Assembly: GCA_022766945.1 (NCBI GenBank)
Contig: JALEOU010000021.1
Span: 29,694 to 93,693 of the forward strand
Length of the DNA: 64,000 nt
Direction of reading: 5' to 3'
DNA from: Fusicatenibacter sp.
GTDB taxonomy: Bacteria; Bacillota; Clostridia; Lachnospirales; Lachnospiraceae
In this document: positions 47,307-56,328 of the stretch, piece after piece
Position numbering within the stretch: the first letter of the stretch is position 1
Layout: every line of letters starts with the position of its first letter
Made by a program: the position numbers and the translations under genes
The notes under the pieces: generated by a model
The model's database searches: none
Told to the model about the DNA's origin: nothing
The model's input: the letters and a program-made list of their open reading frames with translations, nothing else

Positions 47307-48302
47307 CTAAAAATCCGTGGTATTCCGCTTAATCAGATGGCATTTGATGGTTGTCTTTTTTTTGATCGTCTCTCCGCCAAGCAATGCCATCATGGAATCG
47401 ATTGCTGTCCTGCACAGGATCTCTCCTCTGGCATCTACCGTGGTGAGCTCCGGTTCACAGCTGATCGAAAGCTCAGAATTATTATATCCTACGACACTGA
47501 TTTCACCCGGAACATCAATCCCGCGTGCGCGGGCATATTTCAAAACCCCTACTGCAAGACCATCTTCCGTGGCTATCACACTGTCAAATTCCAGATTTCT
47601 GTGTAAAAACAGCTCATCTCTGGTCGTGTGAATGGAATTTTCCATGTAAAGCTTCAGTTCTTCACGAACAGGTATCTTATAAGTCGTCAGCGCATCTTCA
47701 TAGCCTTTTAATTTCTGTCTGGCACTGAAGGAATGAGAATTACTCAGAAACAGAATCCTCTGTCTGCCGGAAAAGATCAGCTCTTCTGTCGCATCGTAGA
47801 CTGCCTGGTAGTCATCCGCAATCGTACAATAGATATTGTCATCTTCAATGTAACCATTGATCATAAATACCGGGATCTGCTTTGCCACATCCTTGATATA
47901 CGTAACATCCTCGTCACCCTCTCCGGCATAATTTGAGCCAACCAGCACCAGTGCATCAATGCGTTTGTTTAAAATTAATTCCACCGCCTGACGTTTGTCT
48001 TCTTCCTCATATCCACTGCAGTACAGGATACAGTCATACCCGTATCCTCTCAGATTCTTTTCCAGATACGCAACTGCATTCGCCATATAGGCATCTGCCA
48101 CATCCGGACATACAAGTCCCACCGTCTTCATAGAATTCAGACCAAGTCCTCTGGCAAACACATTCGGTGTATAATGATTTTCCTCCATAACAGCAAGTAC
48201 TTTTTCCTTGGTCTTCTCACTGACTTTCGGACTGTCATTTACCACTCGGGATACCGTCGCGATGGAAACATCTGCAAGTTTTGCAATATCGTAAATATTC
48301 AC
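47307..48302 (-). CDS. LacI family transcriptional regulator
   Basis: It has the HTH NIYDIAKLADVSIATVSRVVN followed by a periplasmic-binding-protein-like domain. The start is GTG 48302 (aaggaag upstream). The longer track ORF is an upstream shadow. Confidence 0.88.
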   Translation of the reverse strand: MNIYDIAKLADVSIATVSRVVNDSPKVSEKTKEKVLAVMEENHYTPNVFARGLGLNSMKTVGLVCPDVADAYMANAVAYLEKNLRGYGYDCILYCSGYEEEDKRQAVELILNKRIDALVLVGSNYAGEGDEDVTYIKDVAKQIPVFMINGYIEDDNIYCTIADDYQAVYDATEELIFSGRQRILFLSNSHSFSARQKLKGYEDALTTYKIPVREELKLYMENSIHTTRDELFLHRNLEFDSVIATEDGLAVGVLKYARARGIDVPGEISVVGYNNSELSISCEPELTTVDARGEILCRTAIDSMMALLGGETIKKKTTIKCHLIKRNTTDF

Positions 48303-48451
48303 AATTCCCACTTCCTTTTCATTCCTGCTCAAAGTGTAAGCCCTTACACCCAAGTTGATTATACCATGAATCAAGTCAAACTCAATCCCCAAATTTCTTT
48401 CCATTGGATGAAAGTATACCAAAAGACGCTGCTGCAATAAGGAAAAAGCAG

Positions 48452-48583
48452 ATGACCCAGGTCACCCAGATCGCCCTGGAATATGGGTTTTCCAGCCCCA
48501 GCTATTTTTCCACTCTGTTCAAACGTCTGATCGGCAGTACACCGCTGGAATATCGGAATGCAGTTCAGAAGAGTTCTGTATAA
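48452..48583 (+). pseudogene. Remnant of the C-terminal HTH of an AraC/XylS family regulator
   Basis: The plus strand translates to MTQVTQIALEYGFSSPSYFSTLFKRLIGSTPLEYRNAVQKSSV*. This matches only the last ~43 aa (the second HTH) of AraC regulators. There is no upstream domain, and it overlaps the 3' end of the convergent BlaR1-like gene. Confidence 0.75.
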
Positions 48584-50274
48584 ACCGTAAAGTGACGGAT
48601 TCCATCACCTGACCTGGAGCTTAACAATCCCCACACCAGATCGTCCCATGTGACAGTGTCATCGTCTGTCAGTACATACCTGACATAGGAATCATAAACT
48701 GCATCTGATGTCGGGGCATCTCCGGTGTAATACATCAGATACTGATATTCCTCCCGATAGCTCCGTTCCCCTTCCTTCCAGCAAATGGTATAGCCATTTC
48801 CATCCGAACCGGTCAGTTCAAAGAGATAAAGTGACGGATAATCTTCCTTATTTGCTTCATAATACGCTTCACTGCAGCTTTCCGGATCCAGCGTATAGAA
48901 TTCGGCAATCTTAACGGAAGCATCGTTCCCCTGTCTTGCCTTGGCAGCAAAAGCCTCCCAGATTTCTTTCCCGGATGTCACTGTGCCGTCTTCCATGGTC
49001 ACGTATCCTTCTTCTTTTACCCTCTGAAGTTCCTCCAATTCCACACGCCTGGGAGGACTGTACTCATACAGACACTCATAATCGGTATCCGTCACTCCCA
49101 GCACAACAGAACAGTCCGAACACCCTTTGACCGAGTATATTTCCCAGTGAACATCCTTTGGATCCGCCTCTTCCGTGAAGCGTTCCAGCAGCCTGTCTCT
49201 CTTTATCTCATTCGTATCCGCTTCTGTCCGTTCAAAGCGGTAGTTTTCTCCGTCAATGGAAAGGTACAGGTATGTATCGAAAATCCCTTCCAGTTTTGCA
49301 TTAGTAGGTATCATCTCACCGGATGGGGATCCCGTATTTTCTGAAACCGGATCGGTAAGCAGGCAGACTGCCGCCAGGATGCAGACCAATACAGAAACAA
49401 CAATAACCCAAAACGCAGGCTTTTTGTAATTCAGTATATTTTTCACTCTTTTTTTCACTCCGATCTCACCAAACGCCACCGGACAGCCGGCAATTCTGCT
49501 GCCGACACTGCACAAAAGAAGTGCTCTGGAATACTCCGCCTTACACCCGGTTCCAAGCTCTTTTAGTACCTTTTCATCGCAGGAGAGTTCCATGTCACGG
49601 CAAAACAAAGCGTATCCCAGGTGAATCAGCGGATGAAACCAGTAAACTGCAAGCAGCATAAAGCCAAGCAGTTTCCACCAGTGATCTCCGCGTCTGATAT
49701 GTGCCTCCTCATGTGCGCATACATACCTCAGATGCGGTTCCTCCATTCCAAACGGAAGATAAATCTTCGGATGCAGAATTCCAAATACAAACGGCGAAGT
49801 CACATACTCACTCTGAAAGAGATTATCCCGAAGACGCACTGCAGTGCAAACTTTTCTTTGCAGTTTCCGATACCCAAGAAAAGCATATCCCAGAAACAGC
49901 ATTGCACCGAAACACCAAAGACTACGCAGAATCGTAACTATACGTTCTCTGTGACCGGACGAAGCTGAAACATTTATGAACGCATTCTCACCCAAAGACT
50001 CCGGGACCTGTTCTTCTGCCGCTGCTGTTCCCGCCTGTACCTGAAGCTCCAAACCGGACGGTATCTGCAACGGAAACGTTTCACCAGCCGGAACCAAAGA
50101 GAGCATGCTTTGTATCGAAAACGGACAGATCAGCCGGAATGCAACAATTCCCCACAACAGCATGCGGATCCACTTCGGCGCTTTTTTGAGTACCAACCGC
50201 AATACTGCGACAATGAGAATGATCCATCCGGCCAACATACTTCTGTCAACTACGGTCAGAAACAATTCGTTCAT
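48565..50274 (-). CDS. BlaR1/MecR1-like M56 signal-transducing metalloprotease with a non-PBP extracellular domain
   Basis: It has N-terminal TMs and the zinc motif HEEAHIRRGDHWWK. A further TM (FWVIVVSVLVCILAAVCLL) follows. The remaining ~270-aa C-terminal domain has no SxxK/KTG penicillin-binding motifs. Confidence 0.85.
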   Translation of the reverse strand: MNELFLTVVDRSMLAGWIILIVAVLRLVLKKAPKWIRMLLWGIVAFRLICPFSIQSMLSLVPAGETFPLQIPSGLELQVQAGTAAAEEQVPESLGENAFINVSASSGHRERIVTILRSLWCFGAMLFLGYAFLGYRKLQRKVCTAVRLRDNLFQSEYVTSPFVFGILHPKIYLPFGMEEPHLRYVCAHEEAHIRRGDHWWKLLGFMLLAVYWFHPLIHLGYALFCRDMELSCDEKVLKELGTGCKAEYSRALLLCSVGSRIAGCPVAFGEIGVKKRVKNILNYKKPAFWVIVVSVLVCILAAVCLLTDPVSENTGSPSGEMIPTNAKLEGIFDTYLYLSIDGENYRFERTEADTNEIKRDRLLERFTEEADPKDVHWEIYSVKGCSDCSVVLGVTDTDYECLYEYSPPRRVELEELQRVKEEGYVTMEDGTVTSGKEIWEAFAAKARQGNDASVKIAEFYTLDPESCSEAYYEANKEDYPSLYLFELTGSDGNGYTICWKEGERSYREEYQYLMYYTGDAPTSDAVYDSYVRYVLTDDDTVTWDDLVWGLLSSRSGDGIRHFTVYTELF

Positions 50275-50276
50275 GG

Positions 50277-50642
50277 TCAGCCTCCTTCCCGGAATCGGTC
50301 GATCATCTGCTGCACTTCATCAATCTCCTCTCTGGAAAGCTTCTGATGTCTTGTAAAAGCAGCAATAAACGCCGGAAGCGATCCATCAAACTTTTTTTCT
50401 ACCAGCTCATCAATCTCTGCAGCCTGCACTTCCTCTTTTGTGACCAGTGAAGACACAATCGTGTTTTCATTTTTCAGAATTCCACGCTCCGTAAGCCGCT
50501 TCATTACCGTATAGGTTGTGGTCGGCTTCCAGCCAAGCTGTTCCTGACACAGTTTTACAAGTTCACCGCTCTTGATGGGTTCCCGTTCCCACAAAATCAG
50601 GCAGAAGCGGTATTCACTTTCAAAAACTTTCGGTGTATCCAT
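50277..50642 (-). CDS. BlaI/MecI/CopY family transcriptional repressor
   Basis: It is 121 aa with a winged helix (LILWEREPIKSGELVKLCQEQLGWKPTTTYTVMKRLTERGIL). It lies 2 nt upstream of the M56 gene. Confidence 0.9.
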   Translation of the reverse strand: MDTPKVFESEYRFCLILWEREPIKSGELVKLCQEQLGWKPTTTYTVMKRLTERGILKNENTIVSSLVTKEEVQAAEIDELVEKKFDGSLPAFIAAFTRHQKLSREEIDEVQQMIDRFREGG

Positions 50643-50656
50643 GCGTCCCCTCCTTT

Positions 50657-50696
50657 CTCTAATGCATTAGAGTAAATATACTCTAACACGTTAGAG
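50657..50696. promoter_or_regulatory. Two palindromic operators (CTCTAA-N4-TTAGAG) for the BlaI-like repressor
   Basis: The first is a perfect 16-bp palindrome, ctctaatgcattagag, at 50657-50672. The second dyad, ctctaacacgttagag, lies at 50681-50696, 24 bp away centre to centre. Confidence 0.65.
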
Positions 50697-50708
50697 TTCT
50701 TCTGTCAA
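50680..50708 (-). promoter_or_regulatory. Promoter of the blaI-blaR1-like operon, overlapping operator 2
   Basis: The minus strand reads TTGACA (50703-50708), a 17-nt spacer, then TAGAGT (50680-50685). Confidence 0.55.
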
Positions 50709-50719
50709 GCGTATACGAC

Positions 50720-50770
50720 AAGAAAAGAGAAAGAACAGACCCAACCACCGTCTGTTCTTTCTCTTTTCTT
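50720..50770 (-). terminator. Terminator hairpin of the ligase-FN3 gene (21-bp perfect stem)
   Basis: The stem is aagaaaagagaaagaacagac 50720-50740 / gtctgttctttctcttttctt 50750-50770 with a 9-nt loop. The 3' arm is U-rich. Confidence 0.7.
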
Positions 50771-50807
50771 ACAGGGCCTCTTTATCCATCATGCCAAAGA
50801 GAGCTCT

Positions 50808-53078
50808 TCAATTATTCCACAGTTTTTCAATCTTTGGAGCTTCCAGATACATCTGTGCTGCAATATTCGTCATAGCCTTAACGCCCGCAACTTGCGGTAC
50901 TACATAATAACAGTACCGGATTCCGTTTTCCACTGCAGTATCTACATAAGTGGTATCATCTCTTATGACTGCGATCCTGGTGCAGTTGCTCTCTCCAAAT
51001 TTCTTGCGGTAAACTCTGTATTCACTTGCTTCCTTCACTTTGGTCCATGTGATTTCAATACCGTTTGCCACATTGCCAAGGGTAATCGATGTATGAATCA
51101 TCGATTCTGTCTCAGACCATGCAGAGTAGTATGTATTGGAACCGGAAGAATTAAAGGCACGCACACGAACGTAGTAGCGCTCTCCTTTTTTCAGACCACC
51201 GATCACTTCCTGCAGTTTCTGAGTAGAAGGAACATCAATCGATTTGCTCCCATAGAAAGAGCTGTTTGTACTGTAACAAATCTGATATCCGGATGCCATC
51301 TCATTCTGCGTCCAGGTTACTTTCATCTTTCCGGTGCCCTTTTCCGCCAGTCGTGCAACAATGGCAGCTGTCAATTCTTTTCTGTTTGTCTTGAAATGGA
51401 AGTACGGTCTCTCTTTAATCACCGTAATCTCCGCGGGATATTCATGTTCCTCCAGTGCAGCGAGAATGGCTGGTCTGACCTCCTCCAGACTCTTTCCCTC
51501 ATCCAGAATCACAAACAGATATGGTACAAAGAACCCTTCATGATCCTGATCCGGTACAAAGCAGAAGAAACCATCTTTTACGCCTTCAGCCTCCACCACA
51601 CGGCTCTCCATTCTCATCATGAACAAATACCCGCCGCCAAAGCGCTCTGTAAATCCGCGTCCAAGGATATGAACAATACCCTGCTCCGTGATATATCCGA
51701 TATCTCCTGTATGTAACCAGATCTCACCGTCAGGATGAACAACCAGAGTCCGCTCCGTCATTTCCTCACCCATGTATCCGCTGTAACCCAGCATCTTTGC
51801 CGGGCCATTCATACACACTTCACCGATTTCTCCGTAGCTCATCTCCTCGAGTGTCTCGGAATCAAATACAGAAAGTACCGTTGCAGGCATAGGCATACCC
51901 ACGCATCCGTCCTTTAGTGGGAACATCGGATTTGGCAGGGTGAAACAGGAGCCGCCCTCGCTCTGACCATATCCGGCGCTTAACGTATGCATACAGTTAT
52001 GTTTATGGAAAAATTCTTCCGTCTCACGATATTTCCTTTCGTTCATCGGTTCCGCACCCGGTCCGATGCTCCGCAAATGTGACATATCGTAATCTTCCGG
52101 TATTCTGTCACTCTTCATCAGGATCTCGCACATCATCGGAATCAGCGCCCAGTAATTCGGCTTTAATTCCATGAAACGCACATCAATGTCATTGATCGGG
52201 CAAAATGGGTCAAGAATCACCCGAAGCCCTGCTGACATCGGGAAAATCGTCATGGAGATGGTTGCTGCAACCAGTGCCGGCGTCAGAATCGGAAGCCACC
52301 ACGTTTCCTGCTCTTCTGATGCAGGCACAAAAACGGACATCTGATACGCAACCGCTACAATATTCGCTCCGGAATGGATCACCAATTTTGAGATACCTGT
52401 GGAACCGCTGGTGTAAGCTCCAAACAGCGGTCTGTTGGGATTCACCGGTGCGGCAAAATCACCATTATAATTTCTGCCCAGATTCATGAATTCATCCCAG
52501 GTAAGATCTCCTTCCGTTGGCTCTGTTTCAGCCGGATAACGAGATTCAATTTCTTTTTCAATATAGTCCGGGATACAATTCCGATCCGCATAATCGTATG
52601 GGGACACTTTAATCATACGGGTCATGGGAGTCGTGGCACGGAATAATTTCTCATCCTCTTTTGAAACATAATCATGAACAAAAGCTGTGGATGCCTTTGA
52701 TTTACGGATTGCAAAGCAAAGCTCTTCCGGCGTATCATCACGGCAAATCATTGCCGCACCAATCTTCTCAGCAGCCAGAAGCAATATGTAATGTGCCGGA
52801 ACAGCCTGTACAAACACAGGAATCCTGTCTCCTTCATCAAATCCAAGTACTTTGAGGGCTTTCGCTGCGATCTCTACTTCCTGCCAGAATTCCTTCCATG
52901 TAAATCTTTTCCCATAGTACTCGATCGCATCTTTGCTTTCATCAGGATTTTTCATTCTTAAAAACGATTCCAGAGTAATCTTTGGAATCTCCATATTTCG
53001 CAATGACTCCGGATAGAACTGAAGCCATGGTTTATCAATACTCGCTTTTCCTGTCAATCCTGCAGAATTAAAACTCAT
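50808..53078 (-). CDS. Adenylate-forming enzyme (acyl-CoA synthetase/AMP-ligase family) fused to two C-terminal FN3-like domains
   Basis: The AMP-binding motifs are YTSGSTGISK, GYGQSEG and TGDIGY, and the C-terminal subdomain ends ...HFKTNRKELTAAIVARLAEKGTG. Two FN3-like modules follow in the same frame: KVTWTQNEMASGYQICYSTNSSF...YYVRVRAFN...YYSAWS and GIEITWTKVKEASEYRVYRK...YVDTAVENGIRYCYYVVP. There is no signal peptide. The start is ATG 53078. Confidence 0.8.
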   Translation of the reverse strand: MSFNSAGLTGKASIDKPWLQFYPESLRNMEIPKITLESFLRMKNPDESKDAIEYYGKRFTWKEFWQEVEIAAKALKVLGFDEGDRIPVFVQAVPAHYILLLAAEKIGAAMICRDDTPEELCFAIRKSKASTAFVHDYVSKEDEKLFRATTPMTRMIKVSPYDYADRNCIPDYIEKEIESRYPAETEPTEGDLTWDEFMNLGRNYNGDFAAPVNPNRPLFGAYTSGSTGISKLVIHSGANIVAVAYQMSVFVPASEEQETWWLPILTPALVAATISMTIFPMSAGLRVILDPFCPINDIDVRFMELKPNYWALIPMMCEILMKSDRIPEDYDMSHLRSIGPGAEPMNERKYRETEEFFHKHNCMHTLSAGYGQSEGGSCFTLPNPMFPLKDGCVGMPMPATVLSVFDSETLEEMSYGEIGEVCMNGPAKMLGYSGYMGEEMTERTLVVHPDGEIWLHTGDIGYITEQGIVHILGRGFTERFGGGYLFMMRMESRVVEAEGVKDGFFCFVPDQDHEGFFVPYLFVILDEGKSLEEVRPAILAALEEHEYPAEITVIKERPYFHFKTNRKELTAAIVARLAEKGTGKMKVTWTQNEMASGYQICYSTNSSFYGSKSIDVPSTQKLQEVIGGLKKGERYYVRVRAFNSSGSNTYYSAWSETESMIHTSITLGNVANGIEITWTKVKEASEYRVYRKKFGESNCTRIAVIRDDTTYVDTAVENGIRYCYYVVPQVAGVKAMTNIAAQMYLEAPKIEKLWNN

Positions 53079-53138
53079 CTCTCTACCCACTCTTTCGTTT
53101 TTTTCCCTTTCATCTTCATGCAAGCATGAACTAATGTA

Positions 53139-53167
53139 ATTGTATCTCTACGCAGATTTTTTGTCAA
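53139..53167 (-). promoter_or_regulatory. Strong sigma-A-type promoter of the ligase-FN3 gene
   Basis: The minus strand reads TTGACA (53162-53167), a 17-nt spacer, then TACAAT (53139-53144). Confidence 0.6.
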
Positions 53168-53206
53168 CCGATCATGTACATTATTCAGAAATGATGACCG
53201 GTTCCC

Positions 53207-53971
53207 TTAAAATGCAGCGGATTTTTGAATCTGCTGCACCATGTACCTGGCATATTCTTCTGCCAACTGGCCATCCGGATTCATTGGATTGCCCGTCCGA
53301 TACTCGTTCAGGGCAGACATCACCAGATTCCGATACTTCTCCGGGAGGTTTTTAAGCCCCCACTTGCCCCCTTCTTCCTTCGAAAGGATCCGTTCCTCTT
53401 TTCCATATGCCAGCACACGGCACAGGTTCAGTGTCAGATACATGGGATGATCCATAATCTCTGTTTCTGCATTCTCGATATCGCACCAGATACTGTCAAA
53501 ATAACTAGACTTCTCAACCTCGGAAAAAACTTCCCGGATTTCTTTTCCGTAAAGCGTTTTTCCCCTGTGAAGCAGTATCGTAAAATGAGCAGCCAGATCC
53601 TTATCTGTTCCTTTCATTCTCTCAATATAATCCCCGGGGTCCGTCTGGTACCAGAGAAGATGTGTTATCGAGAAATGGAGTTCAAAAGGAGTCGGATAGA
53701 CAAACGGTCTGCATACACTCTCTTGTACCACACTCAGTTCAATTCCCTTTTCAGGCGCCTGACCATTCATTTCGACCACCAGATCCATATACTGCCGTTT
53801 GACCTCTCCCGGAATTTCGTGCTTTACCACGGTCAGCAGATCGATATCGCTCTTTTTCGGATTAAAACATCCCATTGCCAGAGATCCATGTAAATAGACA
53901 CCTGTCAGATTTTCACCCAGAATCTCTCTGGTTCTCCTGGTAAACTCACCGATCAAGTCCCAACAGTTCAT
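53207..53971 (-). CDS. Aminoglycoside nucleotidyltransferase-like protein (ANT(9)/AadA-type fold with DUF4111-like C-domain)
   Basis: It has the nucleotidyltransferase motif GVYLHGSLAMGCFNPKKSDIDLL and a helical C-terminal domain. Confidence 0.75.
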   Translation of the reverse strand: MNCWDLIGEFTRRTREILGENLTGVYLHGSLAMGCFNPKKSDIDLLTVVKHEIPGEVKRQYMDLVVEMNGQAPEKGIELSVVQESVCRPFVYPTPFELHFSITHLLWYQTDPGDYIERMKGTDKDLAAHFTILLHRGKTLYGKEIREVFSEVEKSSYFDSIWCDIENAETEIMDHPMYLTLNLCRVLAYGKEERILSKEEGGKWGLKNLPEKYRNLVMSALNEYRTGNPMNPDGQLAEEYARYMVQQIQKSAAF

Positions 53972-54004
53972 AATACTCTCCTTGTTCTTCCAAACAGATG
54001 CGCA

Positions 54005-55207
54005 TCAGTCCCACTGCTCCGGAAACTTCTGTTTTGGCGGTGCATCAAATAACTCTGTGAATCGCTCATTTTCTTCTTCCGATAAATTTTCAAAAACATC
54101 TGACTCATAAAACCTGCCGCCAAACGCTTTCAGGGCACCTTCCACAAGTTCCATTCCCAGAAAAGCATCAAAATTCTTTCCGTCAGCCGTAGTAATTCCA
54201 AAATGATCGCATGTCACAAATCCATGCAGCGGATAATAATCCGGTTCCCCGAAAATCACAACCCCTTCATATCCGGCTTCTTTTGCAGCTTTCAGCGTTT
54301 CATCCAGCAGCATTCCTCCGATCCCGCAGCCCTGCCATTTTGGCGCGACACACAGCGGACCAAACGTCAGTATTTCTTTAACTTTATCGTCCTTTTTCAG
54401 CAATGCCTTCGAATAAAAAATGGCTCCAACAATTTCATCTCCGACAACCGCGACTCTGGACAGCTCAGGCAAATAATCCCTGCTGTCTCTTAATTTATGA
54501 ACCAGCAGATGTTCATTGCAGCCTGGATGATGTTTGTTCCAGAACGCCCTCAGTGTCATTTCTTCGGTCCTGTAAAAATCCGGTTCTTCTTCTTTTCGGA
54601 TCACTACAGTTCCTTTTGCTGTTTTCTTTCTCCCCTCCGGAAAATATCCCATATCAAGACGGACCTCTTTTCTTTCCGGATCGTGATTGGAATAACAGCA
54701 GCTGTCAAATCCGATCAGCTCAAATCCTTCCTTCTGATAAAAGCTGATCGCTCCTGCATTACAGGACTGTGTTTCGAGTATGATTGCCCTCCTGTGTTCC
54801 AAAACCGCCTGCTCTTTTGCGATCGCCATCAGCGCATGAGCAGCGCCTTGTCTGCGGAGTTTCTCATGAACCCATAATTCCGTAACCATTAACCGGTTGC
54901 TCCACTCTTCCGGACAGGTTTCAATACAGGCAAGCAATTCCGGTCTCCCGTCTTTTTCTTCCACGATTCCCCAGGCATATGCCTTTTCCCAATGTGGCTG
55001 ATACAGTTTATCCGGGAAATCATGTTCTTCCGGATAATGCGAAATGGGCATATCCAGTCTGTACTTCGGAAATTCAACACGATATCCCCTCTCTTCCCTT
55101 TCCACTTTCACATCATAATACTCTTCCGTCGTATACCGCATTGGTATCACCGCCCCTTCCCACTGTTCTTTGGGAAGATGAACGATAGGAAAACAGTTCT
55201 TCTGCAT
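54005..55207 (-). CDS. Tandem GNAT N-acetyltransferase (N-terminal half streptothricin-acetyltransferase-like)
   Basis: It has two acetyl-CoA-binding cores, LRRQGAAHALMAIA...ETQSCNAGAISFYQKEGFE and PKWQGCGIGGMLL...GYEGVVIFGEP. The start is ATG 55207. Confidence 0.75.
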   Translation of the reverse strand: MQKNCFPIVHLPKEQWEGAVIPMRYTTEEYYDVKVEREERGYRVEFPKYRLDMPISHYPEEHDFPDKLYQPHWEKAYAWGIVEEKDGRPELLACIETCPEEWSNRLMVTELWVHEKLRRQGAAHALMAIAKEQAVLEHRRAIILETQSCNAGAISFYQKEGFELIGFDSCCYSNHDPERKEVRLDMGYFPEGRKKTAKGTVVIRKEEEPDFYRTEEMTLRAFWNKHHPGCNEHLLVHKLRDSRDYLPELSRVAVVGDEIVGAIFYSKALLKKDDKVKEILTFGPLCVAPKWQGCGIGGMLLDETLKAAKEAGYEGVVIFGEPDYYPLHGFVTCDHFGITTADGKNFDAFLGMELVEGALKAFGGRFYESDVFENLSEEENERFTELFDAPPKQKFPEQWD

Positions 55208-55337
55208 CTTCAAAACCCCTCTTCTTCGAGATATTATATTCTTCGAACCAGGATACAAACGGATCCCAAAGTTATGTATTTTATTTCCATTTGTCCCTTA
55301 GCTCATTAAATACTGAATCGGGACTTCTGTCAAGATA

Positions 55338-56282
55338 TCACAGATTCTTTTCAATATCCTGCCAGTTTTCATTTTTCAGGATTTCGGCATTCTCGCCAAG
55401 AAACACTTTGCCTGCTTCCTGATCATCTTTGAGAAGATACAGAAACCATGCCGTCATATACCCGTCCGCCCACGACAGCATATCCCCGTGATCTGCATTA
55501 ACACGCCGGGCATGGATTTTCATCACACGATCTGAAATGGCCGCATAATTTTCTCTGAGCGAGAACAGAGGGGTAATGCCGCTGTCTTTTTCATTGCCGG
55601 CATCTATTTGTTTTGTCCCGGCAGTCATAAAATACGGCACAGATACTTTACTTACATCATACGGCCAATGCAACGCCTCCGAAAAAGAAATCTGTGTCGT
55701 ACTTGCTGTATAAAGCGCTTTGTATGCATCCTGATTTCCATGAACTGTTACCGCATTGATGGCACCCACACCCCCCTGCGAATGTCCTGCTATTCCGATA
55801 TTTTCCACATCTATTTTATCAAACAGTATACTTTCCTCATCTTCATTCAGTTGGAGCACAAAAGCAAGGCTTTCATCGGAAGAGCTTCCATCCCAGGAGC
55901 TTTCATCTTCATTTCCGATCACAACAAAGCCCCAGGACGCCAGATGCTCAAAAACAGCTTCATACTTTGAGGCCGGAACACCCGTTCCGTTTACCATGAT
56001 CACAGCAGGATACTTTTCCCCGGAAGCATGTTCTTTTGCCGGATACCAAATGATAAATCGTCCTGTTTTCTCATTATTCGCTTCCCGTTCCATAGACAAA
56101 ACGGCGTAGCTTCCTTTTCCCGTATATTTCTTCTCCAGCGCTGCACCAAGGGTGATTTTTTCCCAATATCTTGCCCTGACCGCAGGCTGTTTTTGAAGCC
56201 ACAAAAGCAGCAAAACCACTGCAGCAATCAGTACTAACACGACAACGAATATCCGAACCAGTATTTTCGCAAATTTTTTCAT
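55338..56282 (-). CDS. Membrane-anchored alpha/beta hydrolase (dienelactone hydrolase/lipase-like)
   Basis: It has an N-terminal TM anchor (ILVRIFVVVLVLIAAVVLLLLW) and the nucleophile elbow GIAGHSQGG. Confidence 0.8.
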   Translation of the reverse strand: MKKFAKILVRIFVVVLVLIAAVVLLLLWLQKQPAVRARYWEKITLGAALEKKYTGKGSYAVLSMEREANNEKTGRFIIWYPAKEHASGEKYPAVIMVNGTGVPASKYEAVFEHLASWGFVVIGNEDESSWDGSSSDESLAFVLQLNEDEESILFDKIDVENIGIAGHSQGGVGAINAVTVHGNQDAYKALYTASTTQISFSEALHWPYDVSKVSVPYFMTAGTKQIDAGNEKDSGITPLFSLRENYAAISDRVMKIHARRVNADHGDMLSWADGYMTAWFLYLLKDDQEAGKVFLGENAEILKNENWQDIEKNL

Positions 56283-56299
56283 TTTTTTCTCTCTTTCCC

Positions 56300-56328
56300 T
56301 TGACTTTCATCTGAGACACTTGTATCAT
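56300..56328 (+). promoter_or_regulatory. Promoter of the tetR-moaA-mog transcript
   Basis: The plus strand reads TTGACT (56300-56305), a 17-nt spacer, then TATCAT (56323-56328). The -10 coincides with the first of three TGTATCAT repeats. Confidence 0.5.
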
